A stretch of 63,872 nucleotides of DNA, counting the filler, from Choristocarpus tenellus KU-1152 (taxonomy: Eukaryota; Protista; Phaeophyceae): the NCBI GenBank assembly GCA_964200185.2. It is 15 parts of 15 records of this genome, joined end to end, with 100 filler letters (N's around TTAATTAATTAA, not from the genome) between each part and the next. Parts side by side here need not be neighbours in the genome. Positions count along the whole stretch, not along the records: positions 1 to 4,459 come from CAXNAD020014450.1; positions 4,560 to 9,951 come from CAXNAD020010935.1; positions 10,052 to 14,142 come from CAXNAD020016272.1; 12 more parts are not named here. One strand, written 5' to 3'. Of the stretch, positions 1 to 11,021 are shown in pieces; position 1 is the first letter of the stretch; each line of letters opens with the position of its first letter. The translations under genes were made by a program, and so were the position numbers. The notes under the pieces are model-generated. The model had not been told where the DNA came from, made no database searches, and was given only the letters and a program-made list of their open reading frames with translations.

Positions 1-21
1 CCCCCCCTCCCAGATACTTTG
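1..21. mobile_element. Right terminus of a CAAAGTATCT-type MITE (truncated by the window start)
   Basis: C-run + CAGATACTTTG, followed by GGT; same terminus as the copies at 2163, 14259 and 17787. Confidence 0.75.
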
Positions 22-370
22 GGTCAAAACGTTTTATATCCCTACTTCCCTGAAGTAGATACCGCAATAAGCAGCAACCAGGACCTTCGACTCACCAGGA
101 TAGGTGAATTGGTTATATAAGGATGATGAGAGTACACCATCCAGACAATCTCAAGTATCGCTTCACAAAAAAAAAGAAGTAGATTGTGCGTGCAATCATA
201 TTCAACAATGTAATATGTTCATCCTTGTGTTTCTCACCTTAGTGACAATATGTCCTTCTCCTAACCCTTCCAGTAGCATGTATTTCAGCTCTGAATTTTA
301 CCCATCTCAGTTCCCCACCACCATGATACTGAAGGAAATAATACGCCTATTTTGAGTGAAGGGCATGAAT

Positions 371-620
371 CAAAGCATTTAAGAAGGTAGGAGTTTTGCC
401 CTGTTTGTCCATTTCAGGCTTGGCTTCCCACATGATTTTATGCCCCTTTTCGGTTCTCTGTTTGAACACAGTTAACTAAGATGTACACAACTATGAAAGG
501 TGTGTCCGGAGCAAGAATATTGACACTTGCTAACAAACACGATAGCCAAAACTCATCAAAATCGCAACATTTGGAATTATTAACCCGAACGAACTCAGCC
601 CTACCCTCTTAAATGCTTTG
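371..620. mobile_element. MITE family B, full length (250 bp)
   Basis: TIRs CAAAGCATTTAAGAAGGTAGG / CCTACCCTCTTAAATGCTTTG. Internal sequence matches 3756-3915, 4348-4459, 47698-47951 and 48652-48716. Confidence 0.85.
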
Positions 621-769
621 GGTCTATTGTTGTCCTATACATTTACTGTCTGGACTTTGGTCTGGGACTAGAAACCTAGGTTGACCCTATCTAGCCAACA
701 CCCATGGTCTTGCACATGATGGTGAGAGAAACGACCAATCACCTAGGACGAATGAACGTACCACAATAG

Positions 770-1510
770 CAAGAAATATCTGAATGAGATATCTTAGTTT
801 GGAGGGAATTGGTTTGTTGATGGGAATGAAAAAGTTGTGGGGATCAAGAACAAACCTTGTGCACAATTCTGACAGCAATTCAAAACATCCCAACAGCCCA
901 TAATCAGTACGAAGGATCTGTGGAACAATCTTTTTATCACGAAGCGCTGTGTAATGTTCTTAAAACGGGACGCTATGATCGATTTATTAGCGACTTATCA
1001 GTGATTCTACCATATTATAGTAGTTTGATGCATGGTCCAATAATAATTCTTTGATATTTTTTGTATGTATGATGGATGTTATCATGTGGAAAGAAGTAAG
1101 ACACAACATCTCAACGTTGTGAAACCAACTGAAAGATTGGTAGGGTTGCGTTTAAAGGAGTCGGAGGAAGGGCAAAAAGATAAAATTTTGTACAAATGCA
1201 CAAAGAGCGTTGACTGAATTATGGTATCACTTGGTGTGTGTGGAAAGGGAGGATACCAATCCTGCGTACACTGTTGTGCACATAAATAAATTGAATAGAG
1301 TGTATTGCACAACAGGGTAGAAAGATGACTTGGAGAGCAAAGGGTCCAAACTTGCCCACCACTATAATTGGCATGAAGTAAGGATAACGGATGGAGCTCT
1401 GCTACTGGACCAAACCAACTAAGAAGTAGGCAGGTTTGGACTCTGTTTCATTCCAAGCAATCTTTCTTATCCTGTGCAATACCATATTTCATTGCTTTAT
1501 GCACACAATG
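770..1510 (+). mobile_element. Decayed piggyBac-like transposase remnant
   Basis: Fragments in different frames, in the expected order: LEGIGLLMGMKKL, DVIMWKE..ST, YKCTKSVD (cf. YNxxMGGVD) and a C-terminal LC...CFMH. Many stops and frameshifts. Confidence 0.4.
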
Positions 1511-1855
1511 GTGTAAGCAAAATCAATATTTCTCATTTCCACACACAAAGCGACATTGCAGTTCAGCAAAATCCCTTTGTATAATAAAAAAAAACAAAGT
1601 ACTGTTGTTGTGGAAAGCAGGGTTGTCTGTCGTCATACTAATATTACCGCATGCTATATATCGACATACCGATTGATATAATTTTCTGAGAGCTTCCCAT
1701 GACGTCTCTTCATGAACACATTTTTCCAATGGCGGATTTCCCATTTGAACCGTGATCCTTCCCACTTCCCCACTTCCTCAGTCGTTGTGCTTGGGTCCAG
1801 CCTTAACCTCATCTCCTCGGTTACAGTTTATCTTGGTCCGTCTGGTTCATTTCGC

Positions 1856-1936
1856 CCTGTAATTCTCTTCGCCGCCCTTGCCTGAGCGAACTACACCACC
1901 ATACAATCACACGATTATACTACGACTACTACTACT
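1856..1936 (+). mobile_element. Non-LTR retroposon (SINE/LINE) 3' end with (ACT)n tail
   Basis: About 60 bp homologous to the reverse complement of 21400-21460. Both copies end in a microsatellite at the same point. Confidence 0.6.
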
Positions 1937-1950
1937 GTCACAAACAGACC

Positions 1951-2163
1951 CAAAGTATCTGGGGGGGGGGGGGTCTACAGCAGAGTATCTGTTTGGACCA
2001 AAACCAGGAAAAGTGCACTGTAGTTATCCATCCAATGTATGGAACCAAATCACCCAAAAATCGCGACATGAAAAATTGGCCCCAAATGGATAGCTGCCAT
2101 CCCCCCTAGATACTTCGAGCCAGGGTCAAAAACGGACGCTGGCACCGCCCCCCAGATACTTTG
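1951..2163. mobile_element. MITE family A (1951-2117) plus an adjacent second right terminus (2121-2163)
   Basis: CAAAGTATCT-G-run ... C-run-TAGATACTTCG, then a further CCCCCAGATACTTTG. ACC flanks both outer ends (1948-1950, 2164-2166). Confidence 0.85.
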
Positions 2164-2257
2164 ACCCACAATTCACAACAAGATATAATACCTACCCAAT
2201 ACACATTTACACTACAAAATTGTGGAGTCGCAATGACCAATACCGAACCTGGGGAAG

Positions 2258-2263
2258 AAAAAA
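2258..2263 (-). terminator. Pol III T6 terminator of the tRNA gene
   Basis: TTTTTT on the minus strand, 2 nt after the discriminator base. Confidence 0.7.
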
Positions 2264-2265
2264 TA

Positions 2266-2337
2266 TTCTCATGCCGAGACTCGAACTCGGAATACCAGTT
2301 TCAAAGACTGGGGGGATAACCATTTCCCCACACGAGA
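2266..2337 (-). tRNA. trnQ-TTG: tRNA-Gln (anticodon TTG)
   Basis: 72-nt cloverleaf: acceptor TCTCGTG/CATGAGA, D arm GGGA..TCCC, anticodon stem CCAGT-CTTTGAA-ACTGG, T arm CCGAG-TTCGAGT-CTCGG. A- and B-box-like motifs and a T6 tract just downstream. Confidence 0.9.
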
Positions 2338-3755
2338 TCTGTCTTAAAGATTACTTTTATGTTTATGAAGTATTGTTCAGGGTATATTATGAATCCAGAG
2401 AAGACTGTTGCAATGGACGACGTGAAAAGATGAAAGCATCACTAGAGATGGTTGACCCTCAGAGAGGTGGGTGCGTCATCTCTAAAGGTTTCACAGAACT
2501 AGACACCAACAAAAAAATCATTCAATAATGTAGGGTGTACAGGTGGAACGTAGAAGTTGAAGGATTGGTGTGGTTTCAAATCGGATATGGATGTTGAACA
2601 CCACAAAGGCTAAGGAGCTTACCTCCACGTAGTACCTGCATTGTGGAGTAATTGATTGACTTTACAGGGTTGGATGTTCAGGAAATCTGTTTGAGTTGTG
2701 GTTAGGTGAATTGATCGAAGTGATGGTATAGTCCTAATTGCAGTGCCTAAGTTGTCGTGTGGTCTTCATCCTCACATGCGTCATTGGTGCAGGATCGTTG
2801 ATCGCGATTATCTTCCAAAACTAGTTGTAGGATGTACAGGTTGATTGCAGCAAGCAGGAAACGACACATCCTGAATCCCGACATTTGACACACTAATAAT
2901 TTATTCACCTGATGTGTAAGCAGGGTGCCCTGACTGCAGAAGTTGCTCAGCCCTCAAACCAGGATGCATCACTCAAAAACATGACTTGAATGCGGACAAC
3001 TGTTCAAATAATGTATCCAACTGTGAAAAAATAACTCTCGCTTTTGAAATCTTATTTCCCAAAAGTACTGATCATTCGTACTTGAGGAGTGAACCGGTCC
3101 TCCTGCAAGGTGAACATAATCATGGTGTCACTCTTCAGCATGGGAGAAAAAGTGCAAACTGAATATGTAGTAAACACCAAAATATGTGTTTTCACGTACC
3201 TAAATTAACTTTTTCCTAAGGAATACAGAGGACCATCTCGGTTTTACGGTATTCGTTTATCGGTGTATAGACTTTTTTGTACCACGTGGACATCAATATG
3301 AACTACCGAGATCTGTTACAGGCGGATAGCGCGAGTATTTCTTCTCGTGTCCTAACAAGCGCGAGTAGTATACACGCTTGGGGAACCTTATAAAGAGGAA
3401 CTCCGATTTTCTAAAGGTTGCAGAGAAAGATCTGTAACTTGGGAGTGTTGCAACGGTTTTCAGATGTATTCCACTTCTGTTAACCAAACAAATAAACAAT
3501 AAATGACGATGAAAGAAATAGTGAAGAGAGTTGGATAATCAATTCCCTTTCATCACCTTTTCTTAATTCCGATATCAAATTCATATACTGATATTGACTG
3601 AGAAAAGTACCCCTGTTCTGCGGAGCTGACGTTTGACAAACCTGATATGCGATGGACTCATCTGGACTGTTGAAGTATCCTGAGAGGCTCGCGCGAGCAT
3701 CAGCATTTTCGATAGGCTTGTGGATTGGACCTATACATCTTGTGGAGGCAGTCCA

Positions 3756-3915
3756 AAATGTTTCGGAGGAGGTAAAATGTATACGTTATGAAAAGGTGTG
3801 TCCAGAACAAGGATATTGACATTTCCTAACAAACATGATAACTAAAATTACATCAAAATCGCAACATTGGATTTGGCCTCCAAATGGACGCGGCCCTAAC
3901 CTCTAAGATACTTTG
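3756..3915. mobile_element. MITE family B, right part
   Basis: Aligns with the right halves of 371-620 and 47698-47951; ends CTCTAAGATACTTTG|GCT. Confidence 0.8.
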
Positions 3916-4347
3916 GCTCTTCGACTTCTAGTTGTAACTCCTCATGGTCATGTGGAGATGTGAGGTGCCTACTGACCACCCCCCTCTGGCATGCCGCAGT
4001 TTGTGAATCTTGCTTGACAACACACACGGTAAAATAGATGGACAAAGTTGGATTCAATCGTAGGGCATCTCTTGTGTAACCACAGATCTTCTCTGCACTT
4101 GGAGGACATCCTTACTAGGAGAGGGGGGTGGCGCGCGTGATGTATATTCATGCAGACAGCGAGGGCCTCTGAAGTGTGCTGTAACAGATCTGTCCGGACC
4201 CTTGAAGCAACTAAATTGCTGACCACACCCTTCCCCTTCATCTGCTAAAATATATCCTCATAGCTTGAGAATGCCATTGTGGACAAATTTGATCCAGCGT
4301 AAGTATGCAGTTTTTTGCATGAAGAGATATGGGGATCGCATATGAGT

Positions 4348-4459
4348 CAAAGTATCTTAGAGGGAAGAGCCGTGTCCATTTGGGGACCAAAATCTAACGT
4401 TGTAATTTGATGTTATTTTGGCTATCATGTTTGTTAGGAGATGTCAATATCCTTGTTCT
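4348..4459. mobile_element. MITE family B, inverted copy cut by the contig end
   Basis: AGT|CAAAGTATCTTAGAGGG...; reverse-complement homolog of 3805-3915. Confidence 0.8.
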
Positions 4460-4559
4460 NNNNNNNNNNNNNNNNNNNNNNNNNNNNNNNNNNNNNNNNN
4501 NNNTTAATTAATTAANNNNNNNNNNNNNNNNNNNNNNNNNNNNNNNNNNNNNNNNNNNN
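4460..4559. other. Artificial contig-joining spacer (44 N + TTAATTAATTAA + 44 N); first of 14
   Basis: Identical 100-nt spacers at 4460, 9952, 14143, 17590, 21461, 25276, 28362, 35310, 39788, 43229, 48717, 51547, 54168 and 57498. The 12-mer puts stops in all six frames. Separate 10-N scaffold gaps at 33166-33175 and 50537-50546. Confidence 0.98.
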
Positions 4560-4594
4560 GCCGATTGTGGGTCCAGTGAGAGAGAGAGAGAGAA

Positions 4595-4627
<33 letters not shown>

Positions 4628-5224
4628 TCCAGTCGTTGTGCGCCGTGAAGGCATTGTGGAGAAATCTTAACGACAAAACGATACAAAAACAAAAATGACC
4701 AAGTTGGACCAATTGGGTCTACTGGTATGGATGGGGGTGATGGGCATGGATGGCACAATCTTACATAGCCACACCAAATCATCCCACACACACAATTATG
4801 AACCTGAGCCTGCTGGATCAAGACCGGAGGAACAAAGGAACTGCTGAAATGTTCAGCGACATCACTGCAAGCTAAATAATAAATAAGAACTGTAACAATA
4901 AATAAATATGAAAAGTACGCTAGGAAGGTCAGAACTTGCTGTCAACCAGGTTGAAAACTGAAACAAAGTTGGCATAGATGAACTTGTTCTATGGAGAAGT
5001 AGTAGAGTGAAACCCTAACCCCAATCGAGAACGCCACGCTTGCCTGTGATAATTATTGCCTTGTGAAATAAAACAACATAAACTTCATGACACCTGTCAG
5101 CCCTATCAGTAATGTCCCCTCTTCTATTCCTACAACTGAACTTGATCTGTGACCACCATCCAGGAACAGCAGTACTAATGCCAACAGAAGATATGTATGG
5201 GACTTATCAAACTGACAAACATAC

Positions 5225-7511
5225 CTTCTTCATTGCCAGTAGTGTCTTTCCCATAGCCTCCCGGTCATACTTGACAGGCCTATTACGTCGCTTTTCAAAG
5301 TCAAACGTCGTATCCTGATGAGCAAAGACAATCAAGCAGGAAAGGCAGTTGAGATTCATACATGAAGGTCTCAATGCAATCGCCGCATTGATATAAAATT
5401 GAGTAGAACCATCCACACTCATTGGAATCAGAATAATCTCTCCTGCTAGTGCTTGTATGCACCAAGCACTGACAGCACTGACGCTAACAACAAAATTCCA
5501 AGTTCAATGCGGCATCATAAAGCTCTAACTGGAACTGTGACACAGGTGTTATCCCTATTGGACCAATACTCACCACACCTCGAAAACATATCCAATTACC
5601 ACCCACTGCCCCACCCCCACATCAAGATGCCACCAAGTACAATCAAACTAACCACTGAAATTGATTGTGCTGTTCTTGGAACAGGCTGCCAACCAAACCT
5701 GGAAAAGTCCTAATTTCCAGCAACCAAAAAGGAGGGGGTCTCGGAAACAGCACAATGGTGCAAAGATTATTCCTGACAACAACTGCAGACTCCAAAAAAT
5801 GCCATCAAATATTTCTTGCGTGATCAGTCAACCAAAACCAACTAACTCCCTTCACAACTAAATTAACAGGACCCTGGTGGTGGTACATCTAATAATATAC
5901 GGAAATCGGCAAGTCTGGGTCTCGTAAAGGGGTTCAAGACACAATTTGACAGGCATGGCCTTCTGGACCTTAAATTTTGGTCATCAGGAAGATTGTTGAC
6001 AAGAGAAGACCTTGTGATGAAACCTTTCTGCAAACTGCTGCTTTCGGAGCACAGAACCTGCCTGTATTTGATCAACAAATAACTCCAACACAGTTCCGCC
6101 GTGATAACTCTTTCAGGAAGAGAGATCAAGATAAGCCCGTCTTCCTTTCTCAGCAGATTGTATCTCCCAGGAGGTTTGTAACTGATATTTTACTAATCTT
6201 GGGGTCTTCGTTGCAGCAAGAGAATAAGATAAGGCTGAGCACTCACCACTGACATCTCCTTGCCCGCTGCCCTGCGGAAGGCCTTTGTCCACCGTGACTT
6301 ACGTGGGTTTCGTTTTCTCGTGAAATTTTTGTGGCACTTTGACCGACAGAACCTGAAGACCTGTAACCACCAGGGGTAGGAGGTGAGGGGTGGAGGAAAG
6401 GGACGAGGGGGGACTACAGAATGAGAAATAAAGTGGCTAAAGGTCAGTCATTCTTTGTGCGAAGGCCCAGGCTCCTATACAGTGGAAACGAAAATAGAAT
6501 TTCATCTGCATTTTGCTTGAAGGTGGTTTGATGGGTGAAGTAGTTAGTTGCTTGGTTTCCACAATCACTGTGCAGGTACAGGGCACCATGAACAGAAAAA
6601 AACATAGTGGAAGCAACAAAGAAAAGGATGCTTATATCCGTGTGTCATGGACAAGGCAAAAATCGAAAGAGCCGTGGTACACATAAATGTATCAACATCG
6701 AAAGGCTGTACTTCAAAACATGAGAAAAATTATGGCATCGTGCGGATGGAGAGGCAGTACGTAAGGATTGGATGTGGCTCTGATAATATGATTGGAAGCT
6801 ACAGCGTATAAGGGAGAATGGATGTGCAATAAGCAGACCAAAGTAAACTCTAAACTCTATGAAGCCTCCATGCACAACGACAATAACGCGTCTAATTGGG
6901 ACCACAGGCGCGATGGCAGCAATAGTCTAACATACACCCACGTGACACCACACTTTTTTCCGAGCGGAATCAATGACACGACCTTCCCTGAGCTTTTAGT
7001 ATAGTAAGTGACATTTGGAAATGCTTCGAGCAGTCGGCTTTAGCTATGGAAAGCAATGGGGTGAGTCTGTTTCGTATCGACTTTACGCTCCTTCCAAATG
7101 CTATGTCTCCACAACGCACCGGCGGTAGCTTCCAGCTCTACCACTAGCCCCGTTCAAAAAGTTCCAATCATCGCCTCACACTGCAAAATGGGTGCGACAG
7201 TGATAGCCTATAAACCACGACCTAATACTCAAATGACCAACGAGAAGCATTCGATCGTGATTAAGGGTGGAGGAAGTTCTGCAAGAAGCGAAAATCTGCA
7301 ATATGCTGCAGCAATTAACGAGAGTACACTCAAACCATCCGAGTTTCACAGGTCTTTCGTCGAAGCCCTGCGCTCATCTTGAAACTCTGGCCATCAATAG
7401 GTGGAGCCAGAGCCCTCACGGGCTTACCTTCGAGTCATTCCTCACGAAGACGATACCATGTCCTGGATATATCCGACTGGAGCAAAAGTAGCATACCTCA
7501 ATCCGCACCAT
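5225..7511 (-). CDS. RLP24: Ribosome biogenesis protein RLP24 (L24e family), 5' part, 3 exons
   Basis: Exons 7511-7428, 6360-6247 and 5314-5225, all GT-AG and phase 0: [28 protein letters not shown] / [38 protein letters not shown] / [30 protein letters not shown]. The FEKRRNxPxKY motif separates RLP24/RSL24D1 from RPL24. The 3' exons were not found in this contig. Confidence 0.93.
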
Positions 7512-7899
7512 CCTCCTCGAGTATCAAGGCCCACCACTTGCTCAACAGTATGACTCCAACTCACACGCGTGTCCTAAAATTCACCCTGTCAAACTCCTCC
7601 TGTCGATAATACCAGGACTAAAAGCTTCGCATGTTTCCCACAAGGTCCTCACCGTCCTTCCCTCACACAGATCCTTCAGTCTCTCTTTGAGAGTTGGTGC
7701 GGGGTAGCCACTCAGTACCGAAAAAAGTCACACAGCCTTCCAAGGTGAGGCCGATTATTTTACAATATTTTATTATTAGTAACAAGAGTAGTTCCAACTA
7801 CTACGTAACACCCATCCAATAGTGACAATGACAAATCGAAGAAATGATCCTGAAAAATATTGTCTACATCAAGAGAGGTAGAAAGGGACAGACCTAAAA

Positions 7900-8800
7900 G
7901 TTGGTGGGAGGACAGAAGAGATACCTTCAAAGCTGCGAAGATTATGGTGCATGGTGTGTATGTTAATGATGTAGGCGTTATCAAATGACTGAAGAGAGTT
8001 TGACCAAACGATGACCGTCGTCGTGACAATCACTGTTCAAGGCGTTTGAACTGATCGTGTCAAAAAAGAAGACGGAGACTATGTGCCTCCGGGTCCCCAA
8101 CAAGCCAGCACAAGAAATGGAGATCAAGGCTGGAGAACAACGTTGTTATCACAAACTGTTGAGTTTGTCTATGTTGGAGGTTGACTAAGTGATAACGCGC
8201 TATCACCACCAAAATCCAACTTCGTATCCAGAAGGCATGGCGGTGCTTCAAGAAGTACAGCAAAGAGGTGTATGACCGAGCAGTAGGTGTACCACTTGAG
8301 CTCAAGATTCGGATGATCAAAGCCGAGGTCCTCCAGACTCTGCTGTATGGATGTGTGATATGGAATCGTAAGGGAGGACCACTATGCTAAACTCCATCCA
8401 CAGCACTACAATTTTCAACTCTGCAATTGGGTTCCACAGACAGAAACGTACGGACCACCCCATGTCGTACAGACAAAGAGAACTGGATACGAGTGCGCTG
8501 TGGTCAGTATCCATAAAAAGAGGCTGATATTTACGGGTTTAATGTTGTCAATGGATGATTGCATGCTTAAGAACATCATGCTTGGAGAACTTGTCGCTCA
8601 AAAAACAAAGGGAGAGAAGGAAGACTCAGAGAAAAACTGGTGGTGGTACCTCCAAGATGACCTTAATATTTCGACATCATAGCTGATCTGACGGTTTCTC
8701 TTACAGAAGACTCAAACAGGTGGTACAGATGTGTGGAGGATGAAGCTAAATACTTACAGATGCCTGGCATACTACTGAGGTCGAAGCAATCACAGCCTGT
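7900..8800 (+). mobile_element. RTE-clade LINE reverse transcriptase 3' region, decayed
   Basis: LWCMVYVNDVGV (degenerate YADD), FKAFELIVSKKKTETMCL, EFVYVGG, RIQKAWRCFKKYSKEVYDR, LELKIRMIKAEVLQTLLYGCVIW, KNIMLGEL and WWWYLQDDL, with frameshifts. Confidence 0.85.
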
Positions 8801-9883
8801 TATGTGCAATGATTAATCTTCCTTCCATTTTTGGCACATACATGGATCGTATCTCTTTTTTCTCTCTCTTCTCTCTTACGTTGCCTTTCTGATCAGGGGG
8901 TGAAGTGTGCTGCATGTTATCTCCTCCTTAACAATATCTGCTATCGTTTTTCTTTCTCTTGAGCGTCACTACAACATACTTCGAATTAATCTATGTGTGA
9001 TAACCAGTCAGTCAATCAATCTACTCATGTTAATTTTCCAAACCCTAACACCAACATCAACAATAAAATTGAATATGTTGTGCAGTAGTGGTAACATTTA
9101 CGAGTCGTTACATTTTCGGTTAAAAACCTGGCTACATGAGTGACCAGAAAACTTCTCGCTAACACCATTCAGAAAAAGAAAATTCCTGAGTAGGCGTGCG
9201 AACCAGGGACGGGCCCTATATTTCTTGATACTCTAAACACTGTAATTTTAGCGAGTGCTTAAGGTAGGAACGGTCCCTATCGATTCTCAAAAACTTATTT
9301 TTAGAGGCGTTAATAGCGATGGTGATGGGTGGGTACACTCACTATTAAAAGTTACCAAAGAGGGATGAAGTCGTATTTGATGACATGGGTGTGAATATAT
9401 CGTAGCAAGTCTTGTTCACCACCTATCAGGTTGTATCAACTAACAAATGGAAGACCTCCACGTTTTGACTCACGGTAGAGTTGTGCTTATTGACAGACTG
9501 CGGACATTGAAATTCTCAACAGGACCTACACATCACCGGGAACCCAATGGTGATCCCCCCTACCTACTCTGTCTCATTCGTCCTGCGGGAGAATATCCAT
9601 AAATTTTGGTGAAATTATGCATCATCACGTTTGTTAGTAGCACACCCTACGTGCGTATGTATACGTCATACATATTGTTCTGAAAAATTAAATACGTACT
9701 ACGTAGTATTCATACTACTAACTAATGCCCAATACCAACCGAAAAACAAATTGCTTTTTTTAAACTGAGTGGAGGTCTGACTCAAAGTAAATAAAAGATA
9801 CCCAAGGTTGCATTACATTTTAGGTTACGTTTTTAGGGTACTGAAAATATATGTGCAAAATTTGGCATTTTTTACGTATTTAA

Positions 9884-9951
9884 CAGCAGATTTCAAAAAT
9901 TGAGGATGGAGCTTTTCATTGAGGATGGGCTTGACCCATAATTGACTGGGA
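9884..9951. mobile_element. DNA-transposon terminus family E (CAGYRGAT + 2x GAGGATGG)
   Basis: Homologous termini at 12294-12345, 35246-35309 and, inverted, 54398-54462. Confidence 0.5.
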
Positions 9952-10051
9952 NNNNNNNNNNNNNNNNNNNNNNNNNNNNNNNNNNNNNNNNNNNNTTAAT
10001 TAATTAANNNNNNNNNNNNNNNNNNNNNNNNNNNNNNNNNNNNNNNNNNNN

Positions 10052-10315
10052 ATGATGAAGGGGTGTTCTTGGATGATTGTGGGGTGGCGCTGAGTGGTGT
10101 GGGGGAGTGGTAAGTGGGGTGGGGTTGAGTGATAACTGGTGTGGGGTTGAGGAGGGTTGAGGGGGGTTGAAAGGTGATGGTGACGGGAAATCAGTAGCGA
10201 AGGGGTTGCAGTGGTTGGTCACAAGTGGTGGTACAATGGGGAGGAGGGAAATGGGTGGAATGCAAATATAGAATAAAATAATAATAGTACAGAATTGGTG
10301 AGCAAAACAAAGTCC
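10052..10315 (+). mobile_element. 3' non-coding end of a DIRS/Ngaro-like element (second copy, opposite orientation)
   Basis: Diverged reverse-complement match to 13096-13462, which lies downstream of the tyrosine recombinase remnant. Confidence 0.7.
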
Positions 10316-10751
10316 TCACTAAAAAACGTGGATTTTCGATACACGGAAGTAGCGTAATTGATAGTTCTTTGAAGAATATATTATTAATTGTGCACATACC
10401 ACTACCAAGCAATATGTCTGCGATGTATACACACACTATTATGTCGTAACATCTGCATTGCATCAGAATCAATATTCTCCTTGGTGCTTTTTTAGGTAAT
10501 CATACAACAACCTACCATGATGAAGGAACCCCATATTCCCATCAGCTCACTTTGCACATCCACAGAGAGAGTCACACTGCTGATCTAGAATTCCCTGTAC
10601 ACAAAACCCAACCCTCCTGTAAAAATAAGGTTTCCCCCTTTCTTTGTCAGGGAGGAAGGCCAAGCTTGACATGAGTGACTGTAAGACTGCAAGCCCCCTT
10701 TTCTGGAGTTTTGAAGTGGTAGATATTAATAACTCCAAATCGCACTGAGGA

Positions 10752-11021
10752 GATGTATCCAGACGGGGGTGGGTTTGAGGCATTTTGATCGGAAGGGGGA
10801 TCATAAGGAGGGGGGTTTAGAAAATATTGTGCATGACATTCCACTTATTTCCATGGTCCAAATGTAGGTAAACCTAACCCTAACCCTATTCAGATGTAAA
10901 AGGTGCGTCCAGATAAAGGAGATCTCCTTTCCCAAAAACATAATCCCACACAATACGTAAACTCAGAAGGCAGTCAAAGAGACCCCTTATGATCAACGGT
11001 ACCCCCCTCTAGGATACCTTG
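10752..11021. mobile_element. Degenerate MITE related to the CAAAGTATCT group (family D)
   Basis: GATGTATCCAGACGGGGG ... CCCCCCTCTAGGATACCTTG|GCT; internal sequence differs from families A and B. Confidence 0.5.

Noticed and set aside
3756-4459. Inverted pair enclosing 432 bp as one composite transposon
   Set aside because: The termini point inward, so these are two separate family B copies.
4504-4515. Regularly recurring TTAATTAATTAA palindrome
   Set aside because: Always centred in exactly 44+44 N. It is an artificial six-frame stop linker, and ORFs ending in X..LIN are artefacts.
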